Assembly: GCA_008632985.1 (NCBI GenBank)
Contig: QPGO01000102.1
Coordinates: forward strand, 1 to 64,000
Direction of reading: 5' to 3'
DNA length: 64,000 nucleotides
Source of the DNA: Psammoneis japonica
Taxonomy: Eukaryota
Below are positions 46,807 to 60,915 of this stretch, piece after piece (the first letter of the stretch is position 1; every line of letters begins with the position of its first letter). The notes beneath the pieces are model-generated. The model was not told the origin of the DNA. It was given only the letters and a program-made list of their open reading frames with translations, and did no database searches. A program made the position numbers and the translations under genes.

Positions 46807-47529
46807 AATGGAACACCGCAACGCGCAACGATAAAGCTCTTCAGAGAACTTCAGATACTTTGACAAATCTCTCTAGAGCCTCTATACAACCTCAAGTGAG
46901 ATGAAAGACAAGGCAGAGAAATGCGGCTGCACCTACACAAACGCTTGTTCTTCAAGGGCGGACGCCACTTTCTTGTTCGCAATCAATTCCCTGCGTCGTC
47001 AAAATTTCAATTTTGTGACTTCGAATTGGCCAAGGTCATTTCACGTGGATTAGACATCAATCTGCGGTCATTTAGAATGACCCTCTGTAGTAGTCGGTGG
47101 GCGGATGTGCTTTACTGGTTTGCGATAGGCGCTAATAAATAATAATGCTAACTCAGCACTTATACTTTCCGACCTCTCTCTAGTAGCTAAAGTAGAGGGT
47201 AGTTTGTGGGGGTACACTCTAGTCCCTAGCAACTAGAGAGCTATAGAGTAAACAATCAATGCTGCCACACGCGAGTGGCATTATATTAGATTTGACGGTA
47301 GGGCGAAGGGACCCCTTCATAGGCAAAACCATTCTGCTCAACGGTAGCATCCGAAAGCTCTTCCCCCAGATTTGCTTCTGAAAACACCCTCGTCTTCTCC
47401 TTTCCAGTGCACCAGAGAGAGCTTTGACAAACGCTAGAATCAGACCAGCAGCACGTGCATCTATATGTTGTCTATAACTTATTCCCGTAGCCATGTTTGG
47501 CCCTAGAGTACCTACGAGCAGATTCGAAA

Positions 47530-49556
47530 TCATGCTTCATCCTCTTTCTTAATCTCATCAGTCTCTGGTATCCTAAGCACACGTTCAAGTTTAAGGCACA
47601 CCTCATTCAAAGAGAGCTCTTTGTTAGCTTCGGCCTGCGTCTCGTCTTCTGTCTTGATCTTTTCCTGCTTGATATCGACACGTTGGCGTGCTTCTCTTGT
47701 CTGAAGCACAGCACTGCAACGGTCTCGATTATTCGTGAACCATCGGAGGTACTTAATGGACTGCTCCGGTGTCAAGGTGTGCAAAAGAGAAGACATCCGA
47801 CGATGCTCCGTAGTATGCGCTTGGTACAGCACTCCATGCCTCATGTTGGAAGACATTCTCGTAGCCACAGCCATTTGAGAACGATCGTTTGGCAAATTTG
47901 GTAGCTGACGCGACCTGTCGAGAAAGAGGAAAGAGATACGTGAGACAGCTTGCCCTTTTCACCAAAGAGCAACTCTCGACTAAACCACAAACGCTACTCA
48001 CTTTTTCTGCGCTTGCAGAAGCTTTTCCTCTTGATCAACGCTTATGCTCATTTCGTAACAAAAGAGAGGCCACATACGAGCGGCATCCATAGCCTTGCTA
48101 GTGGGAGAAGCCTTCTCATCAGCGACGGCCGCTCCTTGTTTCTTAGATCCCTTCTTCTTTCCCTTGGCCTTAACCTGACCTGAAAGCTCTTCCCCAATTT
48201 GCTTCGAACTCATCCGATTCGAAGACAGTCGTGAAGTCTGAAATAAAAAGAAGTCGAGAATGATGAGATGAGCAACGTTATACGAAGCAAACTCATTTAC
48301 ACAGTTATTCTCACCTTGTCCGCTGCCTTGATTCTAGCATTCTCTTCTTTACCCGCAAGGAAGTATGCATCAGGATGCAATGTCAACCACAACAAAAACT
48401 CTTGATATTTCGGCAGAAGCAGCTGCTTCAACGCAGCATACTGAAACGAAATCACTCCCCGTCGAACAGACGAGTTGGGACTGCTATGCTCCATTAGCAG
48501 GGCCAATCCATCTGGATCGATAGAGTCCACTTGACGCTCCCACTTGACGGTAAGCTGCGGTTCCATGGCTACAATTTGTTTACGTCGGTTCGTTTCAATT
48601 TCCACATGCAGGCGATTCACCTGCTCTTCGAGCTTGGCCAGATGCTCCTTTTTTCTTCGTCTAGATTGTCTTGCAGACTCCCGATTCCGTTTCAATCGGC
48701 GAGCACGCCGTTCTTCCGACTCTCCAGCATTGGGTGATGGCGCCGGTAAAATGACGGGCGTACCATTTGCATTCATGGCAATGGGTACTCCCTGCTGAAT
48801 GGGAGCCGCAGCTTGATAGGTCGGTATTGCAGTCGTTAAGGCTGGAGGTGGTTTCAGAGCCTGCGATTGCTGTGGTGTCTGTCCCTGCTGTGCCGTTTTC
48901 ATGGCTAACGAGTTGATGTGCTGTAACCAAGCCAAGTGACGCTGCTTTTGTTCGGGATCGTGAGCGGGATGAAGCGGTGGTTCTGCTCCAGCTTGCTGTT
49001 GAGGCAGAGAAGATACGGTCGCATCATTGCCATTGCCACTCGGTGCTCTGCGAGGCGGCGGAAGCATGAGGTTTTCTTGTCCTGAACCAATAATGGCAGC
49101 GGGAGAAATGGGTGAGATCCGCATCATGGATGGAGAAATCGGTGATTCCTTTCGACTGCCTGAAGCAACTGCTCCTGCTACTGCTGAGCCATTAAACATG
49201 GAATGTACCACCGGACCACCTGAGACCAACGCTGCCGCCATGGAAGACAAGCTTGAAGATGATGAAGATGCCGTAAGAGGTGGAGCACGACCCGTGGACG
49301 ATAAACCGGGCGAGGTGTTGGCTCCTCCTCCTCCGGGTGGCAGGCGATGACTGTAAAACTGAACAGCCGGAGTCGGAGGAGGCTCAGCATGAAGAGACGC
49401 TGCGCTACTGCTGTTGCTACCAGTATTAGGCTGTATGCTTGTATTCATCGTTTCCGGTCCACTCGGTACTGATGCGCCATCTGCAGTGACGAGTCCATCG
49501 CCATGACTGGGAATTAACCCTGCAGAGGGATCTCCGCCCATAAAGTACGAAAGCAT
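47530..49556 (-). CDS. bZIP transcription factor, 3 exons
   Basis: RRARRLKRNRESARQSRRRKKEHLAKLEEQVNRL. Introns 48314-48238 and 48001-47915 restore a continuous frame. Confidence 0.85.
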
Positions 49557-50424
49557 ATGAACTGCAGTATATTAGAAATCAATAAAACGCAATCAAGAAC
49601 AATAAGAATTATTAGAACATTCCACAACGGCATTCAATCACACTCGACACCTCGAAACAAACTAGTTCCAGACTTACAGTGCTCTGCATCTGGGTCCCAA
49701 TTCGGAGCTGTGCCATTCTCGTTCCCGCGCGTTTCTCCTCCTCCTTTAGCCAAGCTCTCCCTTTTTATCTCGCGTTTTGGTTGACTTCTTTCCATTCTAT
49801 ATAGACAAACGCTTCTTCTAGATGATGGCTTGGTGTCAGGCTTGGTGTCAGGCTTGCTGTCTTGGGCCTTTGGGATGTCAAAAGCTGTTGTACTTATCAC
49901 GCTACTGTACCGTGACGATGTCGCTCGGTCTTGAACGCGTGTGACGAGAAATTCCCAGCTGTTCGACGAGAGAGCGAGAAAAAATCGGCAATAGTCAATT
50001 CAGAACAACTCAATGACGTATATTTTTATGTACGATTTCTCAGTTTTGTCATCGCCATCTGCGAATGGAATGATAGCCTAAGATGATGGAGGATGTTCAT
50101 TTCAAAAATGAGAACTCTACAATAAAAAAAAATTTCGCAGAGATTCGACGCAGACACTGATTCACATACAAATTCAGGTGTGACTTTCATGAGTCAGAAA
50201 AGCGCAGGTTCAATGCGAACACCAACATTCAAATAATCATTTTGTGGATAGCATTTAAATGCACTGCCACCTCATCACTTTCTCACCCTTTTCTCACTTC
50301 TTCTCACCAGTTCGAAAGAAGTAATGGGAGAGGAGTCGACTCATCAAAGAACAACGGATTGTGACAGCACCGTGATGGGTCCAACATCAGCATCAACACT
50401 TTCATTGATCTTGTGGATGGGACA

Positions 50425-51449
50425 ATGAATCAAGTTTTCGGCGACATTGCGAGTCAACCTTCATGGACGGCGCCAAGACGCCATGACCCAAAGTGGGACG
50501 CACGCAAGTCGCATAAAGTTCTCCACGACAATTACTATTATGCAAAGTGCGTCTCGGGTGGTGTACTATCCTCCAGTATTCGATGGGTCATGACTCCTTT
50601 GGACTGTGTCAAGTGCAACATGCAAGTAAACCCTTCCAAGTATACCAGTCTAACGGTGGTTTGAGGATGCTTTGGACAGAAGGAGTTGTGGCTGGATTGT
50701 ATCGTGGACTTGCTCCAACCGTCATGGCTTATGGAATTCAGTCGGGAACGAAATTTGGATTATACGAAGTGTTCAAAGATCAATTTTCAACTGCTGCAGG
50801 AAAAGACCGAGCGCACGAATATCGAGGACTCATTTATGTTGCCGCTTCTGGTTGTGCCGAAATTTGCGCTGATGTGCTCATGTGTCCTTGGGAAACAATG
50901 AAGGTGCGTCTACAGACGGCATCACCTGGAGCCTTTCCAACATCTCTCGGCCCGGCGTTTGCAGCCATGGTTCGCCAGAGAGCAGAATACAGCTTTCCGT
51001 TTGGGAGCCTTGGCCCGTTGATTGCACGTCAATTGCCGGGAACAGTCGTTACATTCTACACGTTTGAAAACACAGTCGAAGCCATTTACTCGCACATTTT
51101 GACGAATCCAAAGGAGTCATACAGTGAAGCTACCCAGCTAGCTTGTACATTTTTCGCGGGGTATGTTGGTGGTGTTTGCAGTGCCATAGTCTCGCACCCA
51201 GCAGACTCGCTTGTGAGTCTCAAGGGCATGGCAAAACACAAGGGCAAGTCTCTGAGTGAAATTGCATCCGAGGTTGGATTTACCAGTTTGGCAACCAAAG
51301 GATTGGGGCCGCGCATGTTTATGCTCGGTACGATTATGGGCTTTCAATGGTGGACTTATGACACATTCAAAACGTACTTGGGCCTCGGGACGAGCGGCGG
51401 GACGCCGCAGGAACAACGACTCTCGAGATTTTTGACACAATCCATTTAG
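50425..51449 (+). CDS. Mitochondrial phosphate carrier (SLC25A3/Mir1-like); apparent frameshift near 50653
   Basis: TPLDCVKCNMQ, KFGLYEVFKD, AEICADVLMCPWETMKVRLQT, SHPADSLVS and FQWWTYDTFK. The start codon is uncertain. Confidence 0.85.
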
Positions 51450-51650
51450 AAACTCACACACATGTAAATAGTAGAGCACTAGTAGAATAAAACATTAAGA
51501 ACCAACTGATCATTGCCTTGTTTTGGCCTTCAAGAGTCTAGAACGATCATAGAAGAAAACGCGGCCCCTTATCTAATTGAAAATGAGTTAACAGCTCCGC
51601 ACAATCAAAGATAGAGCTTGCTACCAATAACGCGATGAAACACCTACCTC

Positions 51651-54376
51651 CTACCTCCAGACTAGACGTTCAATTGTGCCGCCAAAGATATCAGCGCAAT
51701 ACATGTAGCCATCAGGTCCCTGCCAGAAATCAACCAAAAACTTATTGGTGGAATCCGAAAGCTCTCGTACTCCGATGAGAGCGCCACTGCTATCGAAGTT
51801 TGCCTCTCGGATGACCTGATCACCAATATCTGTGAATAACAGCCTTCCAATCATTTCCGCGGGGTAGACTGGAGAGTCTTCAATGAATGCTCCCATGATA
51901 ATGGCAGTCCCGCCGGCAGAATGGGATCGTGCCCACACAGGTGCCGTCACATCAGGGTTAGAGTTGTAGAAATTCTTAATTCTTTGTATATCTCTGTACC
52001 CGCCTGTTGGAATATTGCTACCACCGCCGCCCTCGTATGCAGGCCACCCAAAATTTGCCCCTTTGGGTCCATGATTCATTTCCTCCCATGTCACCCAGCC
52101 AACGTCGCCGATAAAGATTCCGCCGTCCGCTGGATTGATGGCAAATCGGTACGGATTACGAAGGCCAAGCATCCAGACTTTCGACCTGTCACTTGTAGGG
52201 TCCCCGTCGTAGTATGGGTTATCTGGGAGACCGTTTCCAGTGGAAGGATCGATTCGAAGGATCTTGCCAGCGAGGCTGTCTAACTGCAAGGACCGATAGT
52301 TGATGATATCACGCGCCCGTACGAGCCTCCGTCCCCCGTTGAGCAATAAAGCATACCGTCGAGTCCAAATTCTAGGTCGCCGATGGTGTGGCTATCCTCG
52401 TCGGCGGGAATGCAGTCTTGTATCGGGCTATCAAGAGTTCCACATGAATGGGGATCATTGAGAGCTGGCTTTCTGTCGGGAGTTCCAATGTTGGCAAAAA
52501 CGCTGTTCTTGCCGATCAGGATGACTTCGGTGTTGCGATTTACAGAGGTCCCCTCTTGATTAGCTTGGAAACGGGAAATTCGAGACACGCGTGCTCCAAT
52601 TCCGTCCGGACCACCCGCTCCGGTCCTCCCTGGTCGTGATATTTCTGGAGGATCATAAGTGTAGGCAACGTAGATGAATCGGTTGTTTTCGTAGTTAGGG
52701 TCGACCACGAAGCCCAACATCCCCCGATCTTTCGTGATTCCGTTGACAATGTCCTCAATATCGAGGAACACGCTCCGCTCTCCGTTTGGTAGAATCAGCT
52801 GTATCCTTCCGATCTTTTCGGATACAAGCATTTTCCCGTCTGACAACTCGACGAAACCATTGGGAGTAACAAATCCTCCCGAAAGGAAGGTTTCGGGAAC
52901 TAGCTGCCCTTTCCCACTCACGTCGGGAGCTTGAGGCAAGGTAGCGCCGTCGATAAGTTCTGGGATTTCGTTGGCCGTAAGAGCCCGATTATAGATTCGT
53001 ACCTCGTCGATGTGACCTTCAAAAAAGTTGTCGACATATCCGATGTTGACCTGGTTATGTGGAAATGGCTTAAGATTGCGAAAGGAGTCAGTTGAGATGA
53101 CCTCTCGACCATTGACGTAAATGGTGAACGTAACTCCGTCGAATGTCACGGCAATGTGATTCCACTCGTTCAACCTCAAAACTGGAACTGTGGTTACAGC
53201 GTTCCAGTTGGTTCCGTCTCCGAAACCTGCATGGATCTTATTCTCATCGAAGACATATATGGAAGGGTATCGAGCAAGGGCGGTTCTACCACCTTCAAAC
53301 CCGATGATCCCGTGATAATTCCTATCGTGGACTTTGATTTTATCCACAGAGACTGACTGTACGGTCCAGCACTTAGGTCAAGACCAGGACCACTGACAGT
53401 AACGTAGTCATCGATACCGTCAAAAAACATGCTTTGTTCATTTTTCATAGTCTGGAACTTGGGTCGAGCCGAGGACTTGCGGGGAAAGCTGACACGAGTC
53501 CCCTCGTTCTTATTCTCGCTCGAATCTTCCACTACCTCGTTGGAAGGTTGCTCGAATTTCCAGAACCCAACCAAATCAGGCCCCGACTCATCATCGGTGA
53601 TCGTGATTTCGGCGGTACGTGGCACGCCAAGCTCCGCCCCAAGAACTCCGAAAAGTGAGACGGAAAATTTTTCAACGTCCTCCTTTTCATTATCGTTGAT
53701 GAGAGGAACAACAATCTGGCCCGTAGTTTGGCCGTTGGAGAAAACAACCTGGCCATCATCCTGAGGAACATAGTCAACCCCTGCGGTCGCCGTAGCAACC
53801 CCGCGGCAGTTTGGTAACGAACTATGGCCTCACCAAAACTGCCTTCGGTGCGGACGAGATCAATCAGCACTTGGCCATCTGATTCCTTGACGGTTACAGA
53901 GTTTGTGCGCAGAGCAATTCTCCCCGGGTTAGTACCCTTTTGACACTTTCTGCATTTTCCTTTTCGTCGATTGCACTTGCACACGCCGCAATCGGAATGC
54001 TGGCTGCACTCGTTAAAGCTTGGAGCACACCGACGAATCATTTTCTTTAGGAACTTTTTGCAGAAAAATCCATCAGGGCAATCGGCATGCTTCTGGCACT
54101 CCACGTTTTGAAGCTTCCTGTCGTCGATCTTGGGAATCGACTCCTAAAAAAGTGAGATAATGTTTGGTGAAGTCGTGAGTCATCCAACGGGTGACAATGT
54201 CGAAATAATTTTCCCCAGCAATACGAGCAGCTGCAAGAGAGAGTGTTGCTTACCTTTCGAAGGTACCGCTCTTCCCCAGTTGTGGTTGCGTTTTCTGTCG
54301 CAGCGGCACTGACGGCGAGAAGAGCCATCAGAAGCATGCTGATGTCCACAGCCAGCACGGAAAACAATGTTCTCAT
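51651..54376 (-). CDS. Secreted Cys-rich + Calx-beta + LamG + glucose/sorbosone dehydrogenase protein, copy 1 (three 1-nt deletions vs copy 2)
   Basis: Signal-peptide exon 54376-54254 and intron 54253-54144. Colinear with 60916-63641. Deletions near 53802, 53326 and 52310. Confidence 0.8.
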
Positions 54377-54829
54377 CTTCTTGTGGTTCGCGGGTTCGCT
54401 GGAGAAGATAACGTTGGGTATCGGTGATATAGATGGGTCGATCGGATTTTTTGTGATGTAAAAGGAAAAGGACACTTCACTTTGGGTGCACAAATGAGAA
54501 GCGTTGCACTATCTTTCTAGCTAGTTGTTGTGATCTGATCAGGATCTTTTTGATTCTTGATCTTGTGAAAGCCAATGAAAATCTATTGCCCCACATAAAT
54601 GTTGGAGCTCATTTAACAATCGACTGTCGTTTAATCTCGTACATATTTCAATTGCCCTTCCTTCTGTCATTTCTACTTCCAGGCTCATAGTTGCCAACAT
54701 TTAACTGTTGCTTTTATTTAAGGGGGGTCATCCCCAGCGTTACTAACTGTAGCTCGTGTTTATTTTTCGCACAACGAGCTCGTGATTTGAGATAGGAGGA
54801 CCCGTCTGAAAGCCCCTTGTGCCCATTGT

Positions 54830-57800
54830 TGAGTGGCAACATTGGCGTGTCCGCTTCTCTTCATTGCATGCACTGACATTTGCATGGTGGATCCTTCATG
54901 GCACTGTGAATGGCTGTGTGACCCAAATGGTTGAAGGGACAAAATTGCGCAACAACGGCAACCCAAATTTCCCCCACACGTGATTTCTTGTGACAGGTGC
55001 GAGACATCTTTTGCTGCAAGCCTTGCAGAGAAGGGCCATCAGCGACCTGTGTGCCAAAAGAAGAGGTGGCATTTGAGCACACTTGCAACAATTACCATGG
55101 CAAAAAACAAACCACTGTGACCACAGCAGCTGTGGCAGCCACATGGTGCGAGCGCTGTTGCTGCCGTGGCATTTGCAACAAGAAATCATGCAGGTCAGCC
55201 CAATCACGCAGTTCTTCCAGAGCAATGAGAGCTGGTTTGAAAGGTAAAATAGAGGGTGAGAGTCCAGCAGCAGACAATCTGATGGCCACTTGTTCAGCTG
55301 CATGCAGGAAAAAACAAAGGTGCGAAGGCAAAATGCAGAGACACTGCAATCATGTGGGGTGTCTTGCACCCAGCGGCAACCAACCCAATTGGTGCCAAGG
55401 TTGCTGTCAGAGGATGACAACCCAGGCTCCAGGAGCTCTGCACTGCTGATCCACAAACCCTGACCCCACAAAGATTTTTGCAAAAAGCCAAGTCTGCCAG
55501 CTTCAACACCAAAACAGGAAAGTTTGTGCACCTTGAAACTCCAGTGCCCATTTCACATCAAAGAAGCTTGCAACTTGGCTTGCAACACAGCTCTTGAAAA
55601 GGACTGTCCCAAAGAAGAGCTTGTAAGATCACCCCTCTGCATTCCTCCAAAAAGGCAATTCCAGCACACAGTTGAGTGCGCACAGAAGTTGGGGGGCTGG
55701 CCAGAATGCATGGGTGTCACCTGAGCAAGTGCCACAAAGTGTGGAGTGCTTTGCCCTCACAATGCTTTTCCCCATGCGTGGTTTGGCCGCAGCAACCCAA
55801 TTTAGGATCCTGGAAGCAGCAAAAGTCAGACAGTCTTCAATGGAATCCCAGCAACATTTCTCTTTCATTGGCCAAGCAGTTTTGTCATTTGTTGCAAATG
55901 GCCATGAGCTCTGCTTCTGCATGCCTGCACTGAGATGACTTTCTGGCATCAGCACCATGCCCATGTGCTGTTGCATTGCATTCTTCCCACACAGTTCCCA
56001 CCATGATTTCCAGATGCAGGTGCCTGTCTGTGCTGTTTGCACTGGAGAGGAGGACATTTTTCTTGTGTGCTGCTCTGGCAATCTGGTTTCAACAAGGCAC
56101 AAAGTGGCAACTCATGGGCTCCAACACAGTGTGGTCACCATGAGATCAAACCTGGCTCAAAGGACAATGTCAAAGAAACATTTTGGCAAATGCAGTTGGG
56201 TGGGCATAACACCCACACAAGCAAAATTTTAAAAGACACCACTTCACTTGCACCCAAAGTTTTTGATCATGCCACAAACATGACAGAAAGCAAAACTCAG
56301 CAAGGTTGTCAATGAGTGCCCAACAGTTGACAAAAAGCAAAAAAAACATCAAAAGTGTTTGAAAAGCATGAGACACTTTTTGATGGCACACAAAGCAAGC
56401 TCAGCTGTGGACCAGCCATCAACCTGCACATGCAGTCTTGCAAGGATGTGACACTCCACATAAAATCAGCATTGTCTGGTGGTGTTCCTGAAATCCACAA
56501 AGACATGCTGCCAAAAGAAACTGAGCAATTGGCAGCTGAGAGAGCTTGAGAAGGAGTGACAGCAGCCAGCATGCATGCCCTGCTTTCTTCACTCTCCAAT
56601 CCAACCAACTGCTCAATTCATCTCCCACCTCAGGAAACCATGTGCAAAAGACTGCCAAGTGGGGTGGAGTCAGCATTGCGTGAATGCCAGCCAACATTTT
56701 TTTTGCTCAGAGTCAAGCCAATCTGTTCCTTGCACTGACTTTCCACCCCCCAAATGTGCTTGCATTGTCAGAGCACTGCCAGGAGGCATCATTTTGACAG
56801 AGGTGCCACCATTGTTGCTGGTGACAGGAGGCAACCATGGTCAAAGTTGAGTTCAGCTGCATGCAATTTGCCAAACAATGCGAGGGCACCAAACAGGCTT
56901 CAGTGGCAACTGTCTGACAACTCAGCACAGTCAGTTGTGGGTGGCAGAGTGGTGAAATTTCATTCCAAACACCACTTGCTCAACCTGCTCATTCTTCTCT
57001 TTCTCTTCTTCTTGCTTTCTGTTCAACTGGAACTTGGCAGCTCTTTAGATTCATCATGCACTTTTTTTGTCTCTTGATGGTTGAGCAGAGCCATTGTTTT
57101 GAGCAATGTGTGGTGGCAACAGACAACAAGAGACTGGCACATGTTGTTTGGCAATGGAGCAGAGTTTTCTTAAAGTTCTTCTCCTTTTTCAACAGCCTCA
57201 TTCAGGGGTTCAACACAAACAACTTGGCCATTCCATTGTTTCCACACACAGTGATTCAAGCCAAGTGGCACCCTGCATGAAAGGATGCAACCACCCAGAA
57301 TGATCTTGCTCTTTGTCCCCAAAATGCAGCCACCTGGATGCCTGAGTGCAAGCCCCACATGTGTGCTGCCCCATCCTCTCCAACAAAAATGGCAGCACCT
57401 TCAGTCATGCAGCAGCCCCACATTTGGCTGGCATGGCTCCATTCCACGAGCATCAACTTGCAGCTGTCATTCTCTGCTCATTTCCTTGATCAGACAATCC
57501 AATCATCTGAGGTCAAAAATGTGCGTGCATCACACTGAGCTGCTGTGATGGAGAGAACGATGCCTCCAAGACCTTTCAAAATGTGGCTGACCTCTTTGCG
57601 TTGAGCAAGAGGATTGCTCTCATCACTCCTGGCAACTGTTGTTGCTTCCATGCTGATGCCAGGGCAGTGTGTGCCAGCAGCGCATTGTTTTCAGCTGCCC
57701 CAGCTGTTGGAAAAAAATTTCAGCAGATCAACCAAGCAATGCAGAGTGAGCAACACATCTCTTGGAACAGACTGCCCTCTCAATTGTTGCAATTTTGCGG

Positions 57801-60700
57801 TGGCCCTGTTGACTCCACCTGCACCAAAAAGCTGCTTTTTTTCAAGAAATGACTGCTTGGCAACAATGGCTGAGGCTCACCAGTGGCTTTCTCTGGGGCT
57901 GGCAACAGCACCTGTTGCAACAACAGGATTGTTCTTTGTCATGTGTCTGTCTCACACTCTCTTTTGTTTCTGGTTTTTGGCTGTGCTCAGCGTGATGCAG
58001 CATGTGGCAGTTGGAATGATCCCATGAAAATTTTGTTGTCAATTTAGAGAGAACAAATTGAAAGTTTCATTTTCTGGCAATGCCACACCTTGCTCATTTT
58101 TGTGCATGCTTGAGGCACAATGCTTGCTTGACTTGCAAGGTTCTGTTTGATTTGCTGGAGGCAGGTGCACAAGTCAAGATTCCCCCCCCCCCCCCCCCTG
58201 TCCATTGCAGCACAAGAAGTGGCCAGTTTGATGCATCAGCAAGCTGTCCAAGCAGTTGTTGCCAGCACCCCAGAAAGAACAAAATGAAAAACATGAGCAC
58301 TCTGCATTTGCCAAAACTGCAGCTGGAAGCAAAAGAAGAGAAATGACTTTGGACCATGCATGGCACCTCTCTGAAGTGCACACAGAGTTTTGCAAAAAAT
58401 CTTCAGATGGGTTGTTGAGAAATGACCCGTGCAATGAATGTTGCATTTTGTGGACCTTGAGAACACTGACACTTGACAAAAGTCTTTTCCAATCTTGTGT
58501 GTTGAGTTTTTTGTGGCATTTCTTTGCCTTTCCTGAGCATGTGCTCCACAAGAAGATGAAAAGCAACTGACATTTGACAAGTTTTTTTCTCTCGCATCTT
58601 GATTTGTTTGCAGCATTTCTTTGCCTTTCCTGAGTGTGCTCCACAAGAAAAATGAAAAGCAACAGAGCACAAGCACAAAGTGGGCATGTTGCAAAAGGCT
58701 GTCAGCAAACCATCAGTCCTGTGTCTTCTTCTCGGATGTTCTTGCCCTGCCACAAATCCATGGAGCCTCTTTTGTCTTGTGGACCTTTTTTTTTGGGCAT
58801 TTCTGTGCCTTGCTTGAGTGTGCTCTTCACAAGAAAACAAAAAGCAATGGAGTGCAAGCATGGCATGGATGCATCACAAAGGCACAAGCTGCCATGCACA
58901 GTTGCAAGCCACAAACTGTTGACATGTTTGTGACCTTTGGCCCACAAGGGAAAAAAAGCAAACAAGAGCTGGCGGATGCCCCCTGCTTCCTTGCACTCAT
59001 GTGGATTGTCCTCCAAAGTCAACATTGCAAAATGCGATCTAAAAAAGGATCAATGGCTGGCCATCCTCAATGGAGTTGCTTGTCACCAAGCTGTTTTGTC
59101 ATGTGTGCTCCACTGCTGACAGGAACAAGCCAACCTCATCATGCAGCAGGAGGAGCAGCGCAGCTGGGGCAGAACACCAGCACTTGGTGGGTGCTGCATT
59201 GATGCGCTGCTGTGACAGGTGTCCAAACCTTTGGTTTTGCAAGAAAGTGCTTGACAAATTGTCAGCTGCACAGGGTCTGTTTGACGTGTCTCCACAAGCA
59301 CATTCTTGCTTGATGACTTTGATTGTGTGACGCACAAGCAGTCATTGACAAATGTGCCAATTTGGTTGTTTGTGATGCCGAATGATTTCCAGCACCAGGT
59401 GGGAGCTTGCAGTGATGACATGCATCAAAACAATTGTTTGATCTCATGCACCACATGCCACCCATCATGAACATTTCCACATGCACCCTTCTGCTGAGCT
59501 GTTTTGCGCTTCCTGTTGTGCCACCCATTTGTGAAAGAACAAAATTTGAAGAGCACACTTGGGCACAAACTGGAAAGGATGTGCTTCAAGCATGGACAAG
59601 TTTCTGCATGATTTGCAGAACAGCCTCTTTCTCTGTTGGCAGTCTGTGGCACAAGAGTTGTTGCCTTGCAATTTTGCTGTGGAGCTCATGCACAGAATTC
59701 TGCAGGCCCCACGCACATGACAGAGCTCCGCCTCCGGGGCCACAATGTGCTGCCATTTCATGTGCCAACCCTGCATCTGCCACCATCCATGTGCCAGATT
59801 TTTGTCACCTGCTGAGTTGAAGCCTGGGGCAAGATGGCAGAGACGTGTTCCAGCCACGCATGAACTGAGTGTGGGTGAACAATGACATTTTTGCAATTTT
59901 TGTGAGGTCTCTAACTTGCAACCATGTGCTTGCCAAAGAGACCATTCAGCTGCTGTTGACAATTGTGCTGGCAGTCAACAATGGCCTCAACTGCAAGTGT
60001 CAGCCAATTGACTGCAAATGCCAGCTGTGGCCAACTCAGCAATGTGTGTGCAACTTGATTGTGGCCACCAATGACTGCAACTGTGTGGCAAAGAGCTGCA
60101 TGTTTGCAGTGCTCTTGGGCTGTTTCTTATTCTGAATTTAGCCAATTTGTCCACCAGAAACTGTTGCTGGTTGCTGGTTGCTGTTGCATGTCTCTGACCA
60201 ACATTCGTTGTGACAGCTGTTGGAGCTCCAGTTGGCTTGGTTTGCAGCACAATTGCAGTTGATTGCAGCCACAGCAATTGATTCTTGCTCCCAAATCCCT
60301 GCCCAATGCAAGAGCTCAACAAGAGGCTGGTTGGCTTGATTGGACACAAGGGGAATTGACAGCAGAAGCCACTTTCATGGAAAAGATCTTTCAAAATTTC
60401 TTGGTCTTTCTTTGAATCTCCTGACACAGCATGGAGTGGGAAGCTCACAGCACCAAGACAGCACAATGGGATCTCTGAGAAAGGGCTGGCCACCTGTGAC
60501 AGAGCCAGGTGCTGCAGCTGGGCTTGAGAATGACAAGTCTGAGTCCAGCACAATGAAGCAGAAACAAGCAACGAAGGGTTCTTTTGATGTGGCTGTGTCA
60601 GAAATTGACGCCACCAGCACCGCTGATGCTGCGAATTTTGCAACGATGGACAGCGCTGCAGTTTGGCTGACAAATCCTGTGCTCTGTTTGCTTGCCAGTG
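54830..60700. other. Hypermutated relic domain 4 between the two GSDH paralogs (probably old transposon DNA)
   Basis: About 5.9 kb nearly devoid of TA and CG, with no recognisable intact ORF. Normal composition resumes at about 60710. Confidence 0.85.
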
Positions 60701-60915
60701 CGAATCACATAAGTTTTTGAAAGAAGTATCCCATCACATTTCTCTTCCTTCCCAAGTTTCTAACGATAATAGAAGAAAACGTTGTCGCCATCTGAATTGA
60801 AAATGAGTTAACAGTGGCGCACATCCATGATAGAGGTTGCCACCAACGTGATGTAACGATTTCGTAAAATATTGAAAAAAGAACTAGCTTGCCTCGCACG
60901 ATGCTAATTGTAAGC

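Noticed and set aside
51651..54376. Programmed frameshifting or certain pseudogene status for GSDH copy 1, the phosphate carrier and the BTB gene
   Set aside because: These are scattered 1-nt indels, often in short homopolymers, in otherwise conserved frames. They are equally consistent with assembly errors and cannot be resolved without reads.
54722..54760. Possible terminal inverted repeat (GGGGGGTCATCCCC) of a DNA transposon at the edge of domain 4
   Set aside because: I could not find a matching inverted copy or TSD at the other end.
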